From: Haemophilus sputorum CCUG 13788
Lineage (GTDB): Bacteria; Pseudomonadota; Gammaproteobacteria; Enterobacterales; Pasteurellaceae
NCBI RefSeq assembly: GCF_000238795.1
Contig: NZ_AFNK01000035.1
Coordinates: 1 to 64,000 of the forward strand
Direction of reading: 5' to 3'
Length of the DNA: 64,000 bases
Both the position numbers and the translations under genes were made by a program. This document shows positions 53,263-64,000 of this stretch, one piece after another (positions within the stretch are counted from its first letter, which is position 1; each line of letters begins with the position of its first letter). The notes under the pieces are model-generated. The model did no database searches. It worked only from the letters and a program-made list of their open reading frames with translations, and had not been told where the DNA came from.

Positions 53263-53742
53263 ATGGCAAAAAAACCTAAAGTTGCTTCAAATACTATTGC
53301 GCTAAATAAACGCGCACGACATGAATATTTTATTGAAGAAGAAATTGAAGCCGGCTTAGAACTCCAAGGTTGGGAAGTGAAATCTCTGCGCGCCGGTAAA
53401 GCTAATATTGGGGATAGCTATGTTACCTTTAGAAACGGCGAAGCCTTTTTATTCGGTGCAACCATTACCCCGCTGAATATGGCGTCAACACATATCGTTG
53501 CCGACCCAACTAGAACCAGAAAATTATTACTCAATAAACGAGAACTCGATTCACTCTTTGGTAAAGTGAACCGAGATGGAATGACTGTTGTTGCCCTTTC
53601 CCTTTATTGGAAAGCCGCTTGGGCAAAAGTGAAAATTGGTGTGGCAAAAGGCAAAAAATTACACGATAAACGTGAAGATATTAAAGACCGCGAATGGCAA
53701 GTTGCTAAACAACGTATTATGAAAAACGCGAACCGTGGTTAA
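53263..53742 (+). CDS. smpB: SsrA-binding protein SmpB
   Basis: MAKKPK...[43 protein letters not shown] is near-identical to SmpB proteins. 159 aa. No ssrA follows; serS starts 30 nt later. Confidence 0.9.
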   Translation: MAKKPKVASNTIALNKRARHEYFIEEEIEAGLELQGWEVKSLRAGKANIGDSYVTFRNGEAFLFGATITPLNMASTHIVADPTRTRKLLLNKRELDSLFGKVNRDGMTVVALSLYWKAAWAKVKIGVAKGKKLHDKREDIKDREWQVAKQRIMKNANRG

Positions 53743-53762
53743 CGATTAAATTACATAATTAA

Positions 53763-55079
<1,317 letters not shown>

Positions 55080-55191
55080 TCAGCCGTACTTAAGGCATCA
55101 TTCATTGTAAGGCGTGCAATGCACGCCTTTTTAACATCATTATTTTTGTGACAATTTTGCAAAATACCGCTCAAATTTAACCGCTTTCACT

Positions 55192-57114
55192 ATGATATTT
55201 TTTACCGATTTAACCCTCAAAAGGGGGCTTTCTGTTTTATTAGACAAAACCTCAGCAACTATTCATACCGGTCAAAAAGTGGGATTAGTCGGCAAAAACG
55301 GCTGTGGGAAATCCTCTCTTTTTGCCCTCATTAAAAACGAACTTCAGCCTGAAGGCGGTGAAGTTTCACTTCCTAAAAACTGGTCAATTTCGTGGGTAAA
55401 TCAAGAAACGCCCGCGCTAGATTGCAGTGCGATTGATTATGTTATTTTAGGTGATCGAGAATATACCGCGTTAAATGAGCAACTTGAGATTGCAAACCAT
55501 GAAAATGATGGGAATAAAATCGCCACACTTCATGCCCAGCTAGATACCATTGATGCTTGGACAATCCAAGCGCGTGCAGCGACGTTATTAAACGGCTTAG
55601 GCTTCTCTACTGAACAACTTACGTTACCGGTAAAATCATTTTCTGGTGGTTGGCGAATGCGCTTAAATTTAGCACAAGCGTTGATTTGCCGTTCTGACTT
55701 ATTGTTATTAGATGAACCGACTAACCACTTGGATTTAGATGCTGTCATTTGGTTGGAAAAATGGCTAACTAATTATCGAGGTACTTTAATTTTAATTTCA
55801 CACGACCGAGATTTCCTTGACCCCATTATTGATCGCGTCATTCATATTGAACATCAACAACTTCACGAATACACAGGAAATTACACCTCGTTTGAAATTC
55901 AGCGTGCGACCAAAATTGCCCAACAAAATGCCGCTTTTCAACAACAGCAACGCAAAGTTGCCCATTTACAAAGCTTTATTGATCGCTTTAAAGCTAAAGC
56001 GACTAAAGCTAAACAGGCACAAAGCCGTATTAAAGCTTTAGAAAAAATGGAATTGATTGCGCCAGCTTATGCGGATTCTCCATTTGAATTTGAATTTAAA
56101 CCACCATTTTCACTGCCTAGCCCGCTGCTCATGATGGAAAAAGTCAGTGCAGGCTATGCAGATAAAATCGTATTAGAGTCAGTAAAATTAAACCTTGTTC
56201 CTGGCTCTCGTATTGGTTTGCTCGGACGAAACGGCGCAGGGAAATCAACGTTAATTAAATTATTAGCAGGAGAAATCCCACCATTAAGCGGTAACATTCA
56301 ATTAGCTAAAGGCGTTCAATTAGGCTATTTTGCACAACATCAAGTCGATACCCTGCGTTTTGATGAAAGCCCATTGTGGCATTTACAAAAATTAGCACCT
56401 GAAAAAACTGAACAAGAATTACGCAACTATTTAGGTGGCTTTGATTTTAAAGGAGATAAAGTCAATCAAGCGGTTACCTCTTTCTCTGGTGGTGAAAAAG
56501 CGCGTTTAGTATTAGCTTTAATTGTATGGCAACGACCAAACCTGCTGTTATTAGATGAGCCAACCAACCATTTAGACTTAGAAATGCGCCAAGCCCTAAC
56601 CGATGCGCTGACTTATTATGAAGGTTCATTAGTGGTGGTTTCGCACGATCGTCATTTACTCCGTTCAACCGTCAATGAATTCTACTTGGTGCACGATCAC
56701 AAAGTCGAAGAGTTTAAAGGCGACTTAGAGGATTATCAAAAATGGCTGAATGAACAAAATGCCCTATTATTAGCGACAAAACCAGCTGAAACTAACGAAA
56801 TAACAGGAAATACAAGTGGTGGTATTTCTGCGCAAGATCGTAAAGAGCAAAAAAGACAGGAAGCGGAACTGCGTCAACAAACAGCACCATTGCGTAAAAC
56901 GATTAGCCAATTGGAAAAAAATTTAGAAAAAGCGACCGCTTGTTTAGCCGAATTAGAAGCCTTACTGGCATCTAGCGAAATCTATGAGGCGGAAAATAAA
57001 GCAAAACTGACTGAAACATTGGCAAAACAGGTTGAGGCGAAAAAACAAGTCGAAGAAATTGAAATGCAATGGCTTGAAGCGCAAGAAACTTTAGAAACAA
57101 TGCTAAATGCATAG
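55192..57114 (+). CDS. yheS: ABC-F family ATPase YheS
   Basis: N-terminus MIFFTDLTLKRGLSVLLDKTSATIHTGQKVGLVGKNGCGKSSLFALIKNEL parallels E. coli YheS. Two ABC cassettes. 640 aa. Confidence 0.8.
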   Translation: MIFFTDLTLKRGLSVLLDKTSATIHTGQKVGLVGKNGCGKSSLFALIKNELQPEGGEVSLPKNWSISWVNQETPALDCSAIDYVILGDREYTALNEQLEIANHENDGNKIATLHAQLDTIDAWTIQARAATLLNGLGFSTEQLTLPVKSFSGGWRMRLNLAQALICRSDLLLLDEPTNHLDLDAVIWLEKWLTNYRGTLILISHDRDFLDPIIDRVIHIEHQQLHEYTGNYTSFEIQRATKIAQQNAAFQQQQRKVAHLQSFIDRFKAKATKAKQAQSRIKALEKMELIAPAYADSPFEFEFKPPFSLPSPLLMMEKVSAGYADKIVLESVKLNLVPGSRIGLLGRNGAGKSTLIKLLAGEIPPLSGNIQLAKGVQLGYFAQHQVDTLRFDESPLWHLQKLAPEKTEQELRNYLGGFDFKGDKVNQAVTSFSGGEKARLVLALIVWQRPNLLLLDEPTNHLDLEMRQALTDALTYYEGSLVVVSHDRHLLRSTVNEFYLVHDHKVEEFKGDLEDYQKWLNEQNALLLATKPAETNEITGNTSGGISAQDRKEQKRQEAELRQQTAPLRKTISQLEKNLEKATACLAELEALLASSEIYEAENKAKLTETLAKQVEAKKQVEEIEMQWLEAQETLETMLNA

Positions 57115-57154
57115 CAAAATAATGGCTAGGATTTCCTAGCCATTTTTATTGCGA

Positions 57155-58198
57155 TTATGCTTGCACTTCAATTAACGGTTTGCCACTATCAGCTGCCACT
57201 AATTTGCCAACAGGAATCAACGGCGTATTGGCTAATTTTGCAATTTCTTGCACTTTTTCGACCGCTTGCGGTTGAACGGCAATCAATAGCCCCCCAGAAG
57301 TTTGCGGGTCACACAAAATTGCTTTTTGCTCATCGGTGATTGGAGAAAGTAAGTGCCCATAACTGTCAAAATTACGTTGTGTACCACCAGGCACGGCACC
57401 TTGCGCAATATACGCTTTTACCCCATCTAAGGTTTGAATATGCGCAAAATCAACCACTGCACGCACGTTCGAGCCTTCACAAATTTCTTTAAGATGCCCC
57501 AATAAACCAAAGCCCGTGACATCAGTCATTGCGGTTACTTCTTCCAGTTGCGAAAATTCTGCACCGATTAGGTTCATTTGGCACATTACATCACGCGCTA
57601 AGCCTTGATGTTCTGCTTTCAACAACCCTTTTTTCTCAGCCGTCGTTAACACACCAATCCCTAATGGTTTGGTTAAGAATAATTGACAGCCTACTTCAGC
57701 ACTCGCATTTCGCTTAATTTTCTCAGTTGGGATAATACCTGTTACCGCTAAACCAAAAATAGGCTCAGGCGAGTCAATAGAATGCCCTCCCGCCAAAGCA
57801 ATGCCCGCTTGTCGGCAAGCAAAACGACCACCTTCAACAATTTTTTGTGCCACTTCTGCCGGTAATTTATTCACGGGAAAACCTAAAATAGCAATCGCCA
57901 TAATAGGTTTACCACCCATTGCAAAAATATCACTAATCGCATTTGTTGCCGCAATACGTCCAAAATCAAAAGGATCATCGACAATAGGCATAAAGAAATC
58001 CGTCGTGCTGATAATCGCCGTTCCGTTTCCAATATCATAAACGGCAGCATCATCAGCAGTTTCATTGCCCACTAATAAATTTGGATCGATAAAATTTTCT
58101 AGTTCACTGTGTAAAATAGTCCCTAAAACCTTAGGCGAAATTTTACAACCTCAACCAGCGCCATGGCTAAATTGTGTTAAACGAACAATTTCTGACAT
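57155..58198 (-). CDS. selD: Selenide, water dikinase SelD, with an in-frame UGA (selenocysteine) at codon 16
   Basis: From the ATG (complement of 58198..58196) the frame reads [59 protein letters not shown]... and continues without interruption into the 305-aa ORF in the track. TGA is the complement of 58151..58153. The G-x-G-U/C-GCK motif is the SelD active-site loop. Confidence 0.85.
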
Positions 58199-58231
58199 TT
58201 CTACTCCTTTGATAATACGTTTAAACTTTGC

Positions 58232-59554
58232 CTATGCTGCTTTCACAAAAACAGAAATAGACTCCAAGTGCCCCGTTTGCGGGAACATATCAATCATCGC
58301 GACTTTTTCAAGGCGATAACCTTGCTCAATAAGCTTTTGTGCATCACGCACAAGTGTTGCAGGATTACAAGAAACATAGCAAATCCGGTCAGGCGCCAAA
58401 GCACAAAGATGATCTAAACAAAACCATGCCCCATTTCTGGCTGGATCTAATAAAACTTTATTAAAGGGTTCTTGCGCCCAAGGCTGCTCAATAAACGGCT
58501 CATCTAAATTCGTTTGATAAAAAGCCACATTCTCTAATTGATTAAATTCAGCATTTTGTTTTGCCTGCTGCACCATCTCAATGACGCCTTCTACACCAAC
58601 GACTTGCCCTGCCATTTTAGCAAGTGGCAAAGTAAAATTACCCACACCACAGAATAAATCTAAAATTCGGTCATTTTTGCTCGGCACCAACCATGCCAGT
58701 GCTTGAGACACCATTTTTGCATTCAACTCAGCATTTACTTGAATGAAATCTCTCATCGAAAAACCGATCTGACAACCGCTAACCACATAATAAGGAGATT
58801 GCCCACACCAATGCTCAATCTGTTGTTCGCTGATCATCACGAAAAGGCTTAACTCTTCGCGCGCTGCGAAAATCTTTAAGGCTGCTGCATCTTTTTCAGA
58901 AAGAGTACCAACATGACGAAATAGCATTGCAATGGTGTTATCTGCTTGAACCAATTCAATATGACCTAACGCCTTTTTATTTTGCCAAGCAGTTAAAAGT
59001 TCGCTTAATTTTGGCAAAAGCGCAGAAAGGCTAGGCAATAGCACTTCGCATTCCGTTAATGGAATAATATGGTTTGAACCTTGTTGGCGAAATCCCATCA
59101 CCACTTTTCCAGCTTGTAAGGCAATACTTAACCGAGTACGGCGGCGATAACCTTTCGGTTCACCAACAATCATTGGTTGAAAATCAATTGGCGTATTTTG
59201 CAGTTTTTGAAGCCGTTGAAATAGGGCTTTTTGCTTAGTTTCGCGTTGTAATGCCAAAGGAATGTGTTGCATTTGACAACCACCACATTCATCATACACC
59301 GCACAACTGGGTAATTGGCGTTCACTGGATTTTTTGAGAATTTTTACCGCTTTTCCATGTCCATATTGGCGTTTTTCATCAATAAGGCGCATCTCAATTT
59401 CTTCACCAGGCAATGCATTTTCAATAAACCACGTTTTACCTTCAATTTTTGCCACGCCTAAGCCTTGATAATCTAATGATTGGATTTTTACTTGGCGACA
59501 AGCGGTCGTTTTTTTCGCTTTTTTTGTAAATTTTTCAGAATAAAATTGTGCCAT
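58232..59554 (-). CDS. rlmD: 23S rRNA (uracil1939-C5)-methyltransferase RlmD (RumA)
   Basis: TRAM-type N-terminus. Fe-S cluster cysteines CAVYDECGGCQMQH. C-terminal AdoMet methyltransferase domain (LDLFCGVGNFTLP). 440 aa. Confidence 0.85.
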   Translation of the reverse strand: MAQFYSEKFTKKAKKTTACRQVKIQSLDYQGLGVAKIEGKTWFIENALPGEEIEMRLIDEKRQYGHGKAVKILKKSSERQLPSCAVYDECGGCQMQHIPLALQRETKQKALFQRLQKLQNTPIDFQPMIVGEPKGYRRRTRLSIALQAGKVVMGFRQQGSNHIIPLTECEVLLPSLSALLPKLSELLTAWQNKKALGHIELVQADNTIAMLFRHVGTLSEKDAAALKIFAAREELSLFVMISEQQIEHWCGQSPYYVVSGCQIGFSMRDFIQVNAELNAKMVSQALAWLVPSKNDRILDLFCGVGNFTLPLAKMAGQVVGVEGVIEMVQQAKQNAEFNQLENVAFYQTNLDEPFIEQPWAQEPFNKVLLDPARNGAWFCLDHLCALAPDRICYVSCNPATLVRDAQKLIEQGYRLEKVAMIDMFPQTGHLESISVFVKAA

Positions 59555-59831
59555 TTTTCTTAATTCGAAACTCTTTTACTAGGTATTATAGCGAAAAGCT
59601 GACTAAATATAAAAAAGGAAACACCAGCTGCTCCGATGAGCATTGCTGAACTTTATTATTTTTACCCAGTCCTATTTTTTGACGGTTATTGTTTAAATAA
59701 CTTTAAAGACTTTATTTTTGTTCACTTAATTTTCATAAAGAAGGATTTCTATGAAAATATTGTCTAAAGCAACCTTAGTTGCATGTAGTTTTTTATACAA
59801 ACACTAATTTTGCATTTTAGACTCGGAAAGC

Positions 59832-59871
59832 AACCGCTTGTAACGTTGTATAAACAACATTACAAGCGGTT
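59832..59871. repeat. Inverted USS pair forming an extended hairpin in the rlmD/rapA divergent intergenic region
   Basis: caaccgcttgtaacgttgtataaacaacattacaagcggtt followed by ttttt. Outer 12-bp arms aaccgcttgtaa/ttacaagcggtt, plus an inner imperfect stem. Confidence 0.6.
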
Positions 59872-59978
59872 TTTTCTTGGTTTTCTGGCAGAAAAATAGT
59901 GTTGGATTTGCTAAAATAGCTAGCTTACTTACTCGGAAGAAACTTTGCTTCAATTTTATATATAAAAAGGAGAATATC

Positions 59979-62888
59979 ATGTTTGTCGTTGGACAACGCT
60001 GGCTTTCTTCAGCAGAAAACCAATTAGGGTTAGGCATTATTCAAGCCGTAGATAATCGCAGTGTGACTATTGCTTTTCCAGCTGCTGAAGAAGAACGAAT
60101 TTATGCACTTAATGCCTCACCGCTCGTCCGTGTACAATTTCAAGTAGGTGATCGCATCCGTAGCAGCGAGGGCTGGCAGTTAGTTGTTGAGCAAGTTATC
60201 GACAATCAAGGTTTTAGTATCTATTTAGGAAAACGACTCGATACCGAAGAAGAAGCCGTGCTACCTGAAATGCAGCTAGATCACAAAATCACTTTCAGCA
60301 AACCACAAGATCGCCTCTTCTCTGCTCAAATTGATCGTGCTGACCGTTTTGCCCTACGCTATCAAGCACTACAACATCAACAAGCGCAGTTTTTATCGCC
60401 GCATCGTGGTATGCGTGGCATTCGTGCAAGTCTCATTCCGCATCAATTACACATTGCCAAAGAAGTTGGGCAACGCTTAGCTCCTCGCGTGTTACTTGCT
60501 GATGAAGTTGGTTTAGGTAAAACCATCGAGGCTGGAATGATTTTGCAACAACAACTTTTCGCTGGCCGAGCTGAACGCGTGCTTATTTTGGTGCCAGAAA
60601 GCCTACAACATCAATGGCTAGTTGAAATGTTGCGCCGTTTTAATCTTAAATTCTCTTTATTTGATGAAGAACGCTGTGCTGATTTTGATAGAAGCGAAGA
60701 CGATGAAACCCCAGCTGATAATCCATTTGAAAGCGAATCTTTAGTGATTGCCTCAATTCAATGGTTAGCAAGTCATCCCCATCGAGCAGCACAACTTCTC
60801 GGCTGCGAATGGGATATGCTAATTGTGGATGAAGCACACCATCTTGCTTGGTCGGTTGATACGCCAAGTGAGGCTTACCTATTAGTGGAAAAACTTGCAA
60901 AACAGATTCCTTCTGTTTTGTTACTGACGGCTACACCTGAACAACTTGGACAAGAAAGCCATTTTGCTCGCTTAGCATTATTAGATCCCGATAGATTCTA
61001 CGATTACGAAGCCTTTGTTGCTGAACAACAAGCCTATAAACCCGTTGCTGATGCGGTCGCCACTTTATTAAACGATAAACCACTGACTGCGGCAGAACAA
61101 AATAGTATTGCTGAACTTTTAAGCGAAGAAGATACTGAGCCAATGTTTAAGGTTATCAATGGTAAAAATATTGCAGAATCTGACCGCTTGCAAGCGCGTC
61201 AATCGCTCATTAGCGAGCTTATCGATCGCCACGGAACAAGCCGAGTATTATTCAGAAATACCCGTCAAGGTGTGAAAGGCTTCCCTCATCGCATTTATCA
61301 TCAAATTACCTTAGAAATGCCTTCGCAATATGCTAATGCTTTGAAAGTAATGAATATGATGGGCGACTTAACCATCGCAGAACAGCTTTATCCGGAAAGT
61401 CTCTTCCAACGTATGAATCCTGCGGCAAAATGGACGGAATTTGATCCACGCGTTGAATGGTTAATCAGCTTTCTTAAAAATCACCGTGAAGAGAAAATTC
61501 TACTGATTTGTAAACAAGCACAAACTGCAATTTCATTAGAACAAGCGCTTCGTGAGCGCGAAGGAATTCGCTCTGCGGTATTCCATGAAAAAATGTCCAT
61601 TGTTGAGCGCGATAAAGCGGCTGCTTACTTTGCCCAACAAGAAGATGGCGCGCAAGTGTTAATCAGTTCTAACATCGGTTCTGAAGGGCGTAACTTCCAA
61701 TTTGCAAGTCAGTTAATTCTCTTTAACTTGCCGGACAACCCTGATCTACTAGAACAAAGTATTGGGCGATTAGATCGTATTGGGCAAAAACAGGATATTC
61801 AAATTTATGTCCCTTGCTTTGAGAACACAATGCAAATGGTACTTGCCAGCTGGTATCATCAAGGGTTAAATGCCTTCGAAGAGACCTGCCCGATGGGTTC
61901 AACCTTATTCCGTGAATTTGGTGAAACGTTACAAAGCTATTTACGCACACCACAAGCGGTCGGATTTGAAGAATTTCTTGCAAAAACCCGTGCTCGTCAA
62001 CAACAGTTGAAAATCGCTTTAGAGCAAGGTCGCGATCGTTTATTAGAACTCAACTCAAATGGTGGAGAAGCAGCTCAAACCTTAGCACAAGCTATTCAGG
62101 CAGAAGATAATAATCCTCATTTGGTGAATTTTGCCCTAAATCTGTTTGATGTGATTGGGCTTGAACAAGAAGACTTAGGCGAGCAGTCTATTGTGATTAC
62201 CCCAACCGGGCATATGCTTGTTCCCGATTTTCCGGGCATCGAAGAAGATGGAACAACCGTCACCTTCGATCGCGAACTGGCCTTAACGCGAGAAGAATTG
62301 GCATTCTTAACTTGGGATCACCCAATGATTCGCAACGGAATTGATTTGATTGTTTCAGGCGATATTGGCAAATGTGCCGTTTCACTATTGATTAACAAGC
62401 ATTTACCACCAGGCACCTTGTTACTTGAAACCATCTATGTTTTAGAAACACAAGCCCCTAAAGGACTAAATCTAAGCCGCTTTTTACCTCCAACACCAAT
62501 TCGCGTGTTGCTCGATAACAAAGGTAATAATATGGCTGCACAGGTTTCTTTTACTGGGCTTGAAAAACAGTTAAAACCGGTCAATAAACAAATGGCGAAT
62601 CAAATTGTAACGATGGCAAAAAATGATATTCGTAAACTTATTGCCATCAGTGAACAACGTGTTCAACCACAAGCACAAACGATGATGCAAGAATCGAAGC
62701 AACTTGCTGATAACGCATTAAGTGCGGAATTACACCGCTTAACGGCCTTACAAGCGGTTAATAAAAATATCCGAGCTGATGAAATTGCATTGCTTGAGGC
62801 ACAAAAATCGCAAACATTGCATCATCTAAGTCAAGCGACTTGGCGCTTAGATAGCTTACGTGTGATTGTAAGCATGCAAGAATCGTAA
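59979..62888 (+). CDS. rapA: RNA polymerase-associated SWI2/SNF2 ATPase RapA (HepA)
   Basis: [31 protein letters not shown] matches the E. coli RapA N-terminus [25 protein letters not shown]. SNF2 helicase motifs [15 protein letters not shown] and DEAH (LIVDEAHHL). ~969 aa from this start. Confidence 0.9.
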   Translation: MFVVGQRWLSSAENQLGLGIIQAVDNRSVTIAFPAAEEERIYALNASPLVRVQFQVGDRIRSSEGWQLVVEQVIDNQGFSIYLGKRLDTEEEAVLPEMQLDHKITFSKPQDRLFSAQIDRADRFALRYQALQHQQAQFLSPHRGMRGIRASLIPHQLHIAKEVGQRLAPRVLLADEVGLGKTIEAGMILQQQLFAGRAERVLILVPESLQHQWLVEMLRRFNLKFSLFDEERCADFDRSEDDETPADNPFESESLVIASIQWLASHPHRAAQLLGCEWDMLIVDEAHHLAWSVDTPSEAYLLVEKLAKQIPSVLLLTATPEQLGQESHFARLALLDPDRFYDYEAFVAEQQAYKPVADAVATLLNDKPLTAAEQNSIAELLSEEDTEPMFKVINGKNIAESDRLQARQSLISELIDRHGTSRVLFRNTRQGVKGFPHRIYHQITLEMPSQYANALKVMNMMGDLTIAEQLYPESLFQRMNPAAKWTEFDPRVEWLISFLKNHREEKILLICKQAQTAISLEQALREREGIRSAVFHEKMSIVERDKAAAYFAQQEDGAQVLISSNIGSEGRNFQFASQLILFNLPDNPDLLEQSIGRLDRIGQKQDIQIYVPCFENTMQMVLASWYHQGLNAFEETCPMGSTLFREFGETLQSYLRTPQAVGFEEFLAKTRARQQQLKIALEQGRDRLLELNSNGGEAAQTLAQAIQAEDNNPHLVNFALNLFDVIGLEQEDLGEQSIVITPTGHMLVPDFPGIEEDGTTVTFDRELALTREELAFLTWDHPMIRNGIDLIVSGDIGKCAVSLLINKHLPPGTLLLETIYVLETQAPKGLNLSRFLPPTPIRVLLDNKGNNMAAQVSFTGLEKQLKPVNKQMANQIVTMAKNDIRKLIAISEQRVQPQAQTMMQESKQLADNALSAELHRLTALQAVNKNIRADEIALLEAQKSQTLHHLSQATWRLDSLRVIVSMQES

Positions 62889-62894
62889 ACCGCT

Positions 62895-62946
62895 ATGATA
62901 TAAAAAATTGCCTCAATCTCATTTGATTGGGGCAATTTATTTTAGA
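62895..62946. terminator. Bidirectional terminator between convergent rapA and ycjF
   Basis: aattgcctcaatctcatttgattggggcaatttatttt. Confidence 0.5.
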
Positions 62947-64000
62947 TTATCGAACAATCTCTTCTGCTTGTTCACGATTCTTGCTAAAAACCATCTCTTT
63001 TACGCTAGTAAGCAGTTGCGCACGAATAGTTGATATTTTAGGTTTCTCGTTCTCTTGAAAAGCAATCGGGCGGCAAAACGTCATCGCTTTTACTCCTAAT
63101 CGGGCTGTTAACACCCCCACGCCAATGCCTTGGGTGGCACGCAAGGATAATTTTGCCAGCATATTTTGAGACAGAAAATCAGCAGCTACATCGCTTGCAA
63201 TCTCGCTTGCCCCAGCAAAAACCATATTAGTGAGCACTAATTTAAATAATTTCAAACGGCTAATATAGCCTAATTCCATACCATAAATTTTCGTAATTTT
63301 GTTCACTAAAGCAAAATTTCGCCAAGCAATCAATAACACATCCACCATCGCTAATGGGCTAACCGCAACCAGTAACGCATTTTCCGTTGCATTACGAGAA
63401 ATCAGCTTTTTTACTTGTTGATCTAACGGCGTGAGCACGTTTTCACTGAATAAATAAAGCACTTCTTTTGCATCATAAGCTTCGTTTAGCTGAGATTGCC
63501 AACGCTGCTCTGCTTGTGCAATTTGCGGTAAATGGCGCATATTCTCTAACACATTTTTGCAAAATGTTTGAGCATTTTCACCGCTTGTAGAGCTTAATGA
63601 TTCAAGAAGGATTTGCTCACTCATTGCCTGTTGCTGTTGATAACGACGCAGGTAAACCAATCTGCGCCATTCGCGAATAATGACACCAACACCCGTTAAG
63701 CTCAATAAAAAGAAAACAATGCCAAATGCTAAAGCAATCCAAGCATGGCTTTGATAACTATCCCAAAGCCACTGCACACTTTGTGCAATCACAGCAACAC
63801 AGAAAAGCACCAACGCACTTAATAGCACACGAATCCAAAAGCGATTTGGGCGAACCACTTCTTCAAACGATAAATCCGCCTCTTCAACTTCTTCCGTTTC
63901 CGTGTCTTCAAAAACCTCAAACGCCTCTGCTGAGAATTCCTGTTTAGGTTTGAGGGTTGGATTAAAATCTGATTCTGTTTCTTCAAAAATACGTTTAGTC
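62947..64000 (-). CDS. ycjF: YcjF-family (UPF0283/DUF697) membrane protein, 5' end beyond the right edge of the window
   Basis: IAQSVQWLWDSYQSHAWIALAFG...REWRRL...LLVAVSPLAMVDVLLIAWRNFALVNKITKIYGMELGYISRLKLFKLVLTNMVFAGASE...LTARLGVKAMTFCRP aligns closely to E. coli YcjF. The reading frame stays open upstream of 63858 through an acidic N-terminal region to position 64000. Confidence 0.7.
   Translation of the reverse strand, partial: TKRIFEETESDFNPTLKPKQEFSAEAFEVFEDTETEEVEEADLSFEEVVRPNRFWIRVLLSALVLFCVAVIAQSVQWLWDSYQSHAWIALAFGIVFFLLSLTGVGVIIREWRRLVYLRRYQQQQAMSEQILLESLSSTSGENAQTFCKNVLENMRHLPQIAQAEQRWQSQLNEAYDAKEVLYLFSENVLTPLDQQVKKLISRNATENALLVAVSPLAMVDVLLIAWRNFALVNKITKIYGMELGYISRLKLFKLVLTNMVFAGASEIASDVAADFLSQNMLAKLSLRATQGIGVGVLTARLGVKAMTFCRPIAFQENEKPKISTIRAQLLTSVKEMVFSKNREQAEEIVR

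Noticed and set aside
62721-62729. AAGTGCGGA, a near-match to the H. influenzae-type USS, inside rapA
   Set aside because: A single one-mismatch occurrence, against 23 exact Apl-type copies. It is compatible with chance.

Overview
This 64 kb window is mostly conserved chromosome from a low-GC Pasteurellaceae genome. It carries about 23 exact copies of the Apl-type DNA uptake signal sequence ACAAGCGGT, the type seen in the Actinobacillus, Mannheimia, H. ducreyi and Glaesserella clade.

Recognisable core genes, in order:
- N-terminal end of a trimeric autotransporter adhesin, on the minus strand and running off the left edge
- lptC, lptA, lptB, ptsN, rapZ
- two tandem paralogous lipoproteins
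- rluA, ampD, rlmJ, pyrE
- prfB with its CUU UGA C +1 frameshift, and tRNA-Asn
- moeB, moeA, tcdA, uup, gyrA
- yajC, secD, secF
- ferritins ftnA and ftnB, then ghxP
- a flotillin-like SPFH protein and an AhpD-like protein
- polA, a DmsD/TorD-like chaperone, nfo, a macA-like adaptor, a Cof-type HAD hydrolase
- leuA with a candidate leader and attenuator, trpB, trpA
- ydfG, ycgN, ygiF-like, ycjX, smpB, serS, yheS
- selD with an in-frame UGA selenocysteine codon, rlmD, rapA
- ycjF, partial, running off the right edge

The accessory element is an island of about 7.5 kb at 30.2-37.7 kb carrying a complete type I restriction-modification system (hsdM, hsdS, hsdR).
- Its conserved parts are much higher in GC than the host, with Neisseria-like codon usage.
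- They contain three exact Neisseria DNA uptake sequences (TTCAGACGGC, the reverse complement of GCCGTCTGAA), one of them the full 12-mer, against a background of Pasteurellaceae USS.
- Both hsdS target-recognition domains are low-GC.
- A low-GC gene of about 283 aa is translationally coupled to the end of hsdS, between hsdS and hsdR. It shows the sequence hallmarks of an FRG-domain protein (YRGH; QHYxLKTPLLDWT; R-I-N-A-Q-K-G-V-F). This is an uncharacterised family; my recollection is that it is associated with defence islands.
- That gene is followed by an unclassified MITE-like element of about 188 bp with near-perfect inverted arms of about 42 bp.

This RM-embedded FRG gene plus the inverted-repeat element is the best candidate in the window for an undescribed defence module. 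No CRISPR array, integrase or transposase was seen.
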